Source of the DNA: a virus
Taxonomy: Duplodnaviria; Caudoviricetes
Length of the DNA stretch: 56,618 nucleotides
Direction: 5' to 3' (one strand)
IMG/VR virus record: IMGVR_UViG_3300044837_000080
Span: 1 to 56,618 of that record
Part shown: in pieces, positions 26,617 through 34,576 of the stretch
Layout: every line of letters starts with the position of its first letter
How positions within the stretch are numbered: position 1 is the stretch's first letter
Position numbers and translations under genes: made by a program
Notes under the pieces: model-generated
Told to the model about the DNA's origin: nothing
Database searches by the model: none
What the model saw: the letters and a program-made list of their open reading frames with translations, nothing else

Positions 26617-27337
26617 CGGGAATCCTACAAACGTTGATACTCAGGACTGTACCGGGAACCATTGCCATAGGCCACGTTCCCCACGTCAAGAGGGATCCCG
26701 TAATGATGCGGGTATCCCGCTTGCCTGTCACCGGCCTTCGGGATGGGGGACGGCTAACGCATCCCTCATGACCGCTGAAGGGAAATCCTTTGCGTGCAAG
26801 CTTCACGGGGGACGTACACCGGGGTCTATCTCGTCTGGCCAAACGGAACGGGCTCGGCAAGCCGTTGCTACCTATGGCGGCCCCGTGGACGTGGAACCGC
26901 TTCAGGCTTTGCTAGACGAGGTACACCGATCAGCCGGACATGTGGCGTGGCTCGGGACCGCTATCGCGAACCTGGATTCGGACGAGCTGACGTGGGGTCT
27001 AGCTGAAGAGAATGTCCAGCCTGATATCTGGTTGGAAGATGGGCAACGGGTACTGAGTCAGATATCTGAAAAGTATAAAGCCGGCGCGGCTGTGCTTATC
27101 CAGATGTATATGGCTGAACGCAAGCAACTCGTCTCAGTATCCAAGGAAGCCATCGCGGCCGGCGCGTCCGAACGTATGGTTTCCTTGTATGAGAATGTGT
27201 ATGCTGAAGTCGGTAACGAGTTCGTGGACCTGATCGGCAGGGTGCTGGAGAGGCTGGATCTCACTCCGGCACAGCGCGCTGAAGTCCCTAACGCTGTGGT
27301 TACCGAGCTGCGGATTCTTACAGAAGGGGAATCATGA
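26606..27337 (+). CDS. HGGxSTG-like domain protein, candidate terminase small subunit
   Basis: C...GWGT...CKLHGG.TP followed by a helical region. Confidence 0.6.
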   Translation: MTTNGNPTNVDTQDCTGNHCHRPRSPRQEGSRNDAGIPLACHRPSGWGTANASLMTAEGKSFACKLHGGRTPGSISSGQTERARQAVATYGGPVDVEPLQALLDEVHRSAGHVAWLGTAIANLDSDELTWGLAEENVQPDIWLEDGQRVLSQISEKYKAGAAVLIQMYMAERKQLVSVSKEAIAAGASERMVSLYENVYAEVGNEFVDLIGRVLERLDLTPAQRAEVPNAVVTELRILTEGES

Positions 27338-27699
27338 AACTGTTCAGGGTCACGCGGACGAAATCCCTAGTCCTCAGCGGGTTTGCCGGTGGTATGGGTC
27401 TAGCCGTACTCATGACCGGAGACCCGTACGGACTCGTGGGAGTGTGCGCCGGTATGGGGATGTACTTCACAACGGAACCCGAGCCGGAGCGCTTCAGCGC
27501 CACCCTGGAAGAGAGGGAGTGCCCCTCGGGAGGTTCGCTCCCCGAGTACGAACCCCGAGCGGACGAGATGCCTATCCGGAGTCCATTGTCTGTAGGCCGT
27601 GTGGTCCCGTGTGGGAACCCTGATAGCCATGACCCGCACTACTCCGGGGACCGGTACCAGCACATGACCCTGTGTTCCGGGAAGGGAACAGACGCGTGA
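27334..27699 (+). CDS. Membrane-associated hypothetical protein
   Basis: N-terminal hydrophobic segment; C..P..H.PH...C.G. Confidence 0.55.
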   Translation: MKLFRVTRTKSLVLSGFAGGMGLAVLMTGDPYGLVGVCAGMGMYFTTEPEPERFSATLEERECPSGGSLPEYEPRADEMPIRSPLSVGRVVPCGNPDSHDPHYSGDRYQHMTLCSGKGTDA

Positions 27700-27986
27700 C
27701 AGAATTTGAGCTGATCAGCCTTGCAGCTATCCGGACACTGGAGATCTTGGATACTTCGGACCTGGAAGCCGGCCACTACCATGAGATCAAACACTCGGGA
27801 GGTATGGCGCTGGTTCAGGTCTACACAGCGGACGGGATGCTGATCCCTTTCCCCGGTCCAGGTCCGGCACTGAAGCAAATCCCCGGACTCGTCACGATCC
27901 CCAAGTTGAATGCGGACTATTACCCGCTGAAGGTCGTGCTAGTGGGCAACCCAAACTATCCTTATACGAGGGATGGACTCGGATGA
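27696..27986 (+). CDS. Hypothetical protein
   Basis: GTGA overlap with upstream gene. Confidence 0.55.
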   Translation: MTEFELISLAAIRTLEILDTSDLEAGHYHEIKHSGGMALVQVYTADGMLIPFPGPGPALKQIPGLVTIPKLNADYYPLKVVLVGNPNYPYTRDGLG

Positions 27987-28423
27987 GCTACTGGACCTTT
28001 GTTACGCATCTGGAAGATATCCAATTCATTAACGCATTCCTGAATGAGCGCGCGTGTCCACGGTGCTGGAATGAAGTAGAGGAAGCGGATATGGGTTTCC
28101 TGTGTACCGTATGCGGTACGCATATGTTCAGTGACCCTGGACATGGTCTAAGGGTAAGCGTTCCCCTACCGGTAACCCCGATCCCGAGCCCGCGTGACGT
28201 ATCCAGGTACGCCGCTGGTGGCATGGTAACCCCGTACACTAGCTATGCGGTCCCCGGTGTGTTCATAGGATTTTCAGCGGCTCCCGAGCTGATTGCCACG
28301 CGGGAAGGCGTACGTAACCTCATGGATGCTATCCGAGCCGGTGGTGAGGTAACCATGTCCGCACCCGAGATACGCGCGCTTACGGATGACATGGCGCGGC
28401 CAGTCAGAAGGGACGTGACATGA
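27983..28423 (+). CDS. Zn-ribbon hypothetical protein
   Basis: CPRC...CTVCG. Confidence 0.6.
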   Translation: MSYWTFVTHLEDIQFINAFLNERACPRCWNEVEEADMGFLCTVCGTHMFSDPGHGLRVSVPLPVTPIPSPRDVSRYAAGGMVTPYTSYAVPGVFIGFSAAPELIATREGVRNLMDAIRAGGEVTMSAPEIRALTDDMARPVRRDVT

Positions 28424-28708
28424 GGATCCCCGAGACTCAGTGCCAGTGCTCAGGGTTCCCTGACTGCCCATGCCTAGCTCAGATGACCGCTGAGGATCTC
28501 CGGTGTGACACATGCCGGAGATCCTCAGCGGGATCATCATCCCCGCTTGGGATCCCCTTCAGGGTCCGGACGTGTGGGCGCACTCCCCTGAGCGCGGTGT
28601 GATGAACCCGAAGGAAGCCGGACATCACGTTATCCTGGTACCGGGGGAGCTACGGGAGATACGGCACACACCGGATGGCATCCTGGAAACCATCCAAGGG
28701 AGATCAGT

Positions 28709-28993
28709 ATGATTCGGAAGTGCGACGGCTCGGACCCTAACCTGAGTATGTACCGGGATCCTGAAGGCCGGCCTACCGTCCGGCGCGTGGACGGGGAGAC
28801 TGTCATCCCGTGCTCATGTGGACGCACGTTCGATGATGTGAACCAGAGCACCATTTACCCACATCACCGGATCCACTCCCATGTGTGCAAGCTGTGTGGT
28901 CTAGCGGTACTCATCCCCGGTACCGGGGAATGGGTCCAGCCGGACATGCCGGACTTCCCGCCGATACCGGAGTGCCAGCACGAATCATGGTAA
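28709..28993 (+). CDS. Cys/His-rich hypothetical protein
   Basis: C.CG..FDD.....YPH; GGGAG SD; hairpin from about 29014. Confidence 0.6.
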   Translation: MIRKCDGSDPNLSMYRDPEGRPTVRRVDGETVIPCSCGRTFDDVNQSTIYPHHRIHSHVCKLCGLAVLIPGTGEWVQPDMPDFPPIPECQHESW

Positions 28994-29296
28994 CCTCCCG
29001 GACGTGGGAAGCCCACAGAGCCCCGACCGTGAACCGCGCTCCCGGTCGGGGCTCTGTGCTGTAGCGTGACCCCGAGCCCCGTCCGCGATTCCACCACTCG
29101 TCCTAGGACGGGGCTCCCTAACGTGCTCGGTAGACTGCCGCAGTGGTGCAGCCACGCCACAGCCCGAGCCCCGTCCGTGAGTCCACCCCGGACGGGGCTC
29201 CGGGTACGCTACCGTGGCGCGTATCGGCCGATACTGAATGACGAGAGCCCCCGTACCGGGTTACCGATCGGGGGCTCTCTGCCGTTCCGGGATCCT

Positions 29297-29689
29297 TCAG
29301 GCTGCCATCCTTGCGAGGCTCTGAAGGTGGGCCATGTCGATCATGTAGACGGCTGCCCTGTGATAGCAGCGGACGCCACCCTGACCGGCCTTACATGAGC
29401 ACTCCCGAACGTTCGTATAGTAGACGCTCGTCACGCTCTCCCCCGTCTTAGCGTCCGTCTTGACGCTCGTCACGCGGTAGGTGTCTCCGGCGTAGTGAGC
29501 GATGGCGCGGTCCCGGATCAGCTCAGCGGCCTTACGAACCTGGTAAGGCTTGAAGATCCGGGTGATCTCCAGAGCGATCCGGTTCATCTCGGCGCGGCAC
29601 GCGCGACCGGCAGGGATCCCGGTCCGAGCGGACTCGCGGAGACTACGCGCTGAGGTAATCACTCGCTGGCACCGGATGCACTTTGTCAT
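29297..29689 (-). CDS. SWIM zinc-finger protein with N-terminal CxxC domain
   Basis: CIRCQR.ITS..S...GRAC; CSC.AG....CYH. Confidence 0.75.
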   Translation of the reverse strand: MTKCIRCQRVITSARSLRESARTGIPAGRACRAEMNRIALEITRIFKPYQVRKAAELIRDRAIAHYAGDTYRVTSVKTDAKTGESVTSVYYTNVRECSCKAGQGGVRCYHRAAVYMIDMAHLQSLARMAA

Positions 29690-29836
29690 TTTGGGGGCTC
29701 CCTCTCGCTTGTCTTGTGACTCCAGTATATGGCCCGTGTGACAGTCTGTCTACTGATCTGGATAACCGATCTAAGAAATCATGCAAGCAAAGAACCCCGA
29801 GCCGTGATCCGGCTCGGGGCTCTCGGGGATGTCCGT

Positions 29837-30073
29837 TCAGGATGTGACTTCCGTCAGCATGGCCATGACCACAGACCCCACGTTAGCTCCCAGGACATCC
29901 CGCGTACGGAGGTAACCACGCTTCACGTACTCATCCGCTGTGCTGTAAATGCGGACATCCCAGCAATCCCCGGTAGTTTGGCGGTGTGTCTCCACACGGT
30001 AGTTAAGCGTGCCCGCCGCGATGATTGCGGATTCTAGTGTGATGTTCTGGCCGGCGGTTCCGTTTGTCTTCAT
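29837..30073 (-). CDS. Array-2 cassette protein (MKTNGTAGQN start)
   Basis: Probably leaderless after the promoter; hairpin at 29792-29824. Confidence 0.7.
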   Translation of the reverse strand: MKTNGTAGQNITLESAIIAAGTLNYRVETHRQTTGDCWDVRIYSTADEYVKRGYLRTRDVLGANVGSVVMAMLTEVTS

Positions 30074-30079
30074 GCCCAT

Positions 30080-30108
30080 AGACTAGTGCCAGGATGACAT
30101 CCCGTCAA
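30080..30108 (-). promoter_or_regulatory. Array-2 promoter
   Basis: TTGACGGGATGTCATCCTGGCACTAGTCT on minus strand; nearly identical to 5621-5649. Confidence 0.8.
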
Positions 30109-30191
30109 TACATATGGATAGCCAACCTAAGAAATCATGCAAGCAAAGAACCCCGAGCCGGATCACGGCTCGGGGCTCTCGGGGATGCCGG

Positions 30192-30605
30192 CTAGCGGGC
30201 ATCCCAAGCTGCCACATCCGAGCCACAGCGCGCGGCGAACCAGCGCTCCCCTTCTCCGGTGTTCGTGATCCCGGCATCCGTCATCTCGCCTAGTAGCGCT
30301 GTGAAATCCCACGGGCTAAGCGAGGTGAGGTACGCGCGCTGAGTGGCGTTGATCCGGTAGCCGTCCACATGCTTGTCCCATGAACTAACCGCGTACCGGC
30401 CGGCGTTCAGGATGTCACTCGTAGCCACGGGGTAGTAACCAGGGTAGTTATTCGAGTTAGTGATGATCTCGATAACCTCACGGTTCACGTTCTGCTTGCC
30501 CGCGATGAGAGGGTGCTTACGGAATTGCCGGGTACGGGGTCCAATGTGCATCATCTTACGGAGCGTGTCTGTGAGGTTCTGGCCGGCGGTTCCGTTTGTC
30601 TTCAT
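30192..30605 (-). CDS. Array-2 cassette protein (MKTNGTAGQN start)
   Basis: Promoter at 30612-30640; hairpin at 30148-30180. Confidence 0.75.
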   Translation of the reverse strand: MKTNGTAGQNLTDTLRKMMHIGPRTRQFRKHPLIAGKQNVNREVIEIITNSNNYPGYYPVATSDILNAGRYAVSSWDKHVDGYRINATQRAYLTSLSPWDFTALLGEMTDAGITNTGEGERWFAARCGSDVAAWDAR

Positions 30606-30723
30606 GCCTATAGACTAGTGCCAGAATGACATCCCGTCAATACATCCTGATAACCGATCCAAGAAATCATGCAAGCAAAGAGCCCCGAGCCGTGATCCGG
30701 CTCGGGGCTCTCGGGGATGCCGG

Positions 30724-30954
30724 CTACAGCACAGACGAAGGATCCCCCACCCATGTGCGTACTGTGCTACCGGCGCGGTATGTGCGGCACGGTGAGATGC
30801 TGTTGTCATCCCATGTGATCTCTACCAAGTCGGAAAGTCCTACGGGTCGGTCTATGTACCGAACGTTAGTCACGCGGACGAATCCGGGGATACCGCACCG
30901 TGTGTCAAGGATATCTCCGGGGATCAGGCTATCGGCGCTAACTTCGGTAATCAT
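30724..30954 (-). CDS. Array-2 cassette protein (beta-rich)
   Basis: A..L.PGD.L pattern; GAGAGGGAG SD; hairpin at 30680-30712. Confidence 0.7.
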   Translation of the reverse strand: MITEVSADSLIPGDILDTRCGIPGFVRVTNVRYIDRPVGLSDLVEITWDDNSISPCRTYRAGSTVRTWVGDPSSVL

Positions 30955-31095
30955 TTGGGCTCCCTCTCGCTTGGCTTGTGACTCCAGTATATGGCCCGTG
31001 TGATAGTCTGTCTACTGATCTGGATAACCGATCTAAGAAATCATGCAAGCAAAAACCCCGAGCCGGGATCCGGCTCGGGGTTCGCTCGGGGAAGT

Positions 31096-31437
31096 TCAGA
31101 CCATGACGTGTGCGGTCTGATCTCCCACGGTCAAGGTGAACCGGGAAGTCTCGGAACTCGGCTCGGAGCCATCCCGGTACGTGACGGTAACGGGATGCTT
31201 CACGCCTTCAGAGTCGATCAGCGTGCGGGACAGTGAATCTTGCCGGCTAGGGTCGCATCCCGAGATCACGTCGTAGGCGACACTGGCAAACTCCTTGGCG
31301 TAGTCGCCTAGGGTTCCGGCAACCAGGTAGCCGCTGATTGTGAAGGCGTACCGTGTGGGCTCTCCGGGAGTCTCCAGAACGATGCCCATGTCTACTACGG
31401 TTACCAGGGTTTCGGCGGTGTGTCCGTTTGTGTTCAT
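31096..31437 (-). CDS. Array-2 cassette protein
   Basis: MNTNGHTAET; promoter at 31444-31472. Confidence 0.7.
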   Translation of the reverse strand: MNTNGHTAETLVTVVDMGIVLETPGEPTRYAFTISGYLVAGTLGDYAKEFASVAYDVISGCDPSRQDSLSRTLIDSEGVKHPVTVTYRDGSEPSSETSRFTLTVGDQTAHVMV

Positions 31438-31541
31438 ACCCGTAGGCTAATGCCTGGATGACATCCCGTCAATACATCCCGGTATCTGATCCAATAAGAA
31501 AACCCCGAGCCGCTACGGCTCGGGGTTCGCTCGGGGAGGGA

Positions 31542-31748
31542 TCAGGTTTCGATGCTCAGGACGGGAGCCGCGCCGGCGTACGTGCCCGCGTAGTCGTTGA
31601 ACAGACCGAGCGCGAGAGCCGGAGAGAGGAACCGGTTATCCGAAGCGGTGTTCCGGAGAGCGTTGAACCGGCGCACGATGTAGGATCCCCTGTCCTGGAT
31701 CAGGGTAACGGTAGTGATGTCCCCGGTAGCCTTCGCAATTTCCCGCAC
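31542..31748 (-). CDS. Array-2 paralog 1
   Basis: VTLIQ..YIVRR...YAGAAPVLSIET. Confidence 0.7.
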   Translation of the reverse strand: MREIAKATGDITTVTLIQDRGSYIVRRFNALRNTASDNRFLSPALALGLFNDYAGTYAGAAPVLSIET

Positions 31749-31896
31749 GTTGTGCCTTCCGTAGTTCCCGCTTGCCTGTGACTCCAGTATATGGCCGGTG
31801 TGACATCCCGTCAATACATCTGAATAACCGATCCAAGAAATCATGCAAGCAAAGAACCCCGAGCCGTAGCGGCTCGGGGTTCGCTCGGGGGAGGGA

Positions 31897-32109
31897 TCAG
31901 GTTTCGATGCTCAGGACGGGAGCCGCGCCGGCGTAAGCCATGGCGTAATCGTTGTACTCAGCGAGTGCCGTATCCGGGCTCTCGTGGCGAGTCTGTACCG
32001 CACTCCCGGTCTGCGAGTTGATCCGGCGCACGATGTAAATCCCCTTGATTTCCAGAAGGGTAACCGAGACGGGGGATACCTTACCCATGACCTTTTCGAT
32101 GACCCGCAC
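31897..32109 (-). CDS. Array-2 paralog 2
   Basis: VTLLE..YIVRR...YAGAAPVLSIET. Confidence 0.7.
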   Translation of the reverse strand: MRVIEKVMGKVSPVSVTLLEIKGIYIVRRINSQTGSAVQTRHESPDTALAEYNDYAMAYAGAAPVLSIET

Positions 32110-32195
32110 GTTGTGCCTTCCGTAGTTCCCGCTTGCTTGTGGCTTCAGTCTGCCCTAGGGATGCCAGGATGTCAACCCCGATAATGATCCCGCTA

Positions 32196-32450
32196 TCAGA
32201 TCAGCGCCGGCATGGTGGCGAGCGGCTCGGCATCCGCGTGAACCTCAGCGAGGAAGTTATAGACCCTGAGCGCGGTCACCTTGTCCACGTACCCGTGTTC
32301 GCTACCACCGGTACCCGTGATCTCGGTACGCCGGACAAGGAACCGGTTCCGGGTAGCCAGTGCGGGATGAATCTGGATCAGGGTTACCGTGACGCTCTCT
32401 CCCACAGCCTGAGCTAGCACGTTGCTCCGTACCGTTCCGACGCTCGTCAT
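32196..32450 (-). CDS. Array-2 paralog 3
   Basis: VTLIQ...FLVRR...AL..YN; TTGACT..GATACT promoter upstream. Confidence 0.65.
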   Translation of the reverse strand: MTSVGTVRSNVLAQAVGESVTVTLIQIHPALATRNRFLVRRTEITGTGGSEHGYVDKVTALRVYNFLAEVHADAEPLATMPALI

Positions 32451-32863
32451 TGCCGCACTCCCTACCTTGGATGTGATTCCAGTATCGCATCCGGTTGACA
32501 GGTAGTCAACGCATCCCGGTATTTGGCATCCCGGTATTACGTAGTACCGGCCATGCCCGTACGGGTTACTCTGGTACGGACGTAGGGGTCTCTCCGGAGC
32601 GAGGGTATCCAGCCGGGTACGGACGTGAGGGTTACCCGGTGTCCGGGCTCGGGGTCTCTCCGGCACGAACGGTACCCATAGGCCGGTGTTTAAGGACCCC
32701 GAGCGCGACGGTTACGTCCGGCCTACTCCCACGTTTACGGCTGCCAGGAAGCCGTCCCGCGTGGACACCCCCACGCTTACACCGGTCTCGGTGCCGTAGA
32801 TAGACACCTGAGTACGGTACTACATACGACAATCTCGGTGATCATGAACGTGGGGATGACCCG

Positions 32864-34561
32864 GTGTCCAGGCTCGGGGAGCTGATCCGTCCTTATCCTG
32901 TAGGCATGTCCCCCGTTGTGAGTCCCGTCCGGGGCATCGCTCAGGCCATGCTGAAGCGATACGAGCCGGAGCCGCTCCCCGAGCGCCGGTGGCCTACTCC
33001 CGGTGCTCTCGCTAAGGCTCTGGACCCGAGCACGGTCCAGACGCCGGCGCTGGACCTGATAGACCGTGAACTGGTAGCGCTCATGGATGACCCGGACTCC
33101 CCTAACCGGCTCATTATTTCGATGCCACCACAGGAAGGGAAGTCCAGCCGGGTATCCCAACGGTTCCCGGAATGGTTGCTAGATCATAATCCTGATCTGC
33201 GTATCGCAATCATTAGCTACTCGGATGACTTGGCTCGGGGTTGGGGAGCCGCTATCAAGATGGATGTCTTGACGCATAACGGGATTGAATCCGCTGTGGA
33301 TCTGAAGATCACGCTACGCGAGGACTCCAAAGCGGCCGGACGGTGGAACATCCGGGGACACAAGGGATCTGTCTTCTGTGCTGGAATTGGAGGATCCGTT
33401 ACTGGCAAACCCGTGGACATTTTCATTATCGATGATCCGATCAAGGATCTAGAACAGGCACAATCAAGCATCTACCGGGATCGATTCCGTAAGTTCTGGC
33501 AAGCCGTTGCCATCCCCCGACTCGGACCCTCAGCGCGCTGTGTGGTCATCCAAACCCGTTGGCACGAGGATGATGCTGCCGGTTGGCTTCAGGTCAACGA
33601 GCCGGACAAATGGCGCGTGATCAACATCCCGGCTCAGGCCGGCGTGGAAGAAACCACCGAGGATGTCCACGGGAGGAAGGTAACCAGATGGGTACCGACT
33701 TCCGAGCCCGATCCACTCGGGAGGCAGCCGGGCGAATACATGATCTCTGCCCGTGGCGCTCGGGATTGGGCAGGGATCCGGCGTGACGTTGGCTCCTATG
33801 TTTGGTCGGCTCTGTACCAAGGGCGTCCGGCTCCGGCTGCCGGCGGTCTGTTCAAACGCGCCAACCTTCGGTACTGGCAAGTGATGCCGCGTGACATCTC
33901 GTGGCACGGTCTGCTGAACGGGATGCGTGTTGATCTCGGTGGACGTGTCGTCATGCTTGATCAGTGCTGGAGATTCCTTACGGTTGACCTAGCGGCAAGC
34001 ACCAAGACATCCGCTGACTGGACCGTTGCCGGAGCGTTTGCCATATCTCCAGATGGGGATCTCATCCTACTTGACGGCATCCGGGTACGTGTAGAGGAAT
34101 CCAACCATTGGAATGCCATCCGGCCACTACGTGAAAAGTGGTCTGCAGATGTGGTCTACGTAGAGTCCCGGATGTTCGGTACCACCATGGTTTACGAAGC
34201 CGGCCGGTCGGGTGTCCCCATCCAGGAACTGAAAGCGGATACTGACAAACTGACACGCGCGCTCCCGGCTACTGCCCGATCCGAGAATGGACGGCTGTGG
34301 CTGCCACCGGTCACGTCCTATCCTGAGGTTCTGACCTGGGTAAATGAGCTGGTATCGTTCCCCAACGCATCTCATGACGATTGTGTTGACGTAATCAGCT
34401 ATGCTGCCCGTGTAAGTGCTGCGAATTGGTTGTCACAAACTGACACGCAGTCACTTACCCGGAATAGACCCAAGGTTAACAACCGGTCAATTGAAAACGC
34501 TTATGAATCCGCTACTGGGTACGCGGGTACGGAATCAAATTACGAAACCATGCAATGGTGA
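32864..34561 (+). CDS. terL: Terminase large subunit
   Basis: MPPQEGKS, IIDDP, TRWHEDD, ALYQG.P, TVDLA, DWT and FPNASHDD.VD motifs; start may be later. Confidence 0.95.
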   Translation: MSRLGELIRPYPVGMSPVVSPVRGIAQAMLKRYEPEPLPERRWPTPGALAKALDPSTVQTPALDLIDRELVALMDDPDSPNRLIISMPPQEGKSSRVSQRFPEWLLDHNPDLRIAIISYSDDLARGWGAAIKMDVLTHNGIESAVDLKITLREDSKAAGRWNIRGHKGSVFCAGIGGSVTGKPVDIFIIDDPIKDLEQAQSSIYRDRFRKFWQAVAIPRLGPSARCVVIQTRWHEDDAAGWLQVNEPDKWRVINIPAQAGVEETTEDVHGRKVTRWVPTSEPDPLGRQPGEYMISARGARDWAGIRRDVGSYVWSALYQGRPAPAAGGLFKRANLRYWQVMPRDISWHGLLNGMRVDLGGRVVMLDQCWRFLTVDLAASTKTSADWTVAGAFAISPDGDLILLDGIRVRVEESNHWNAIRPLREKWSADVVYVESRMFGTTMVYEAGRSGVPIQELKADTDKLTRALPATARSENGRLWLPPVTSYPEVLTWVNELVSFPNASHDDCVDVISYAARVSAANWLSQTDTQSLTRNRPKVNNRSIENAYESATGYAGTESNYETMQW

Positions 34562-34576
34562 GAAAGGGGAGCGTCT

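Noticed and set aside
28420-28712. Frameshifted pseudogene from overlapping ORFs 28420-28602 and 28512-28712
   Set aside because: Cannot distinguish a frameshift from two small genes or a sequence error without homologs
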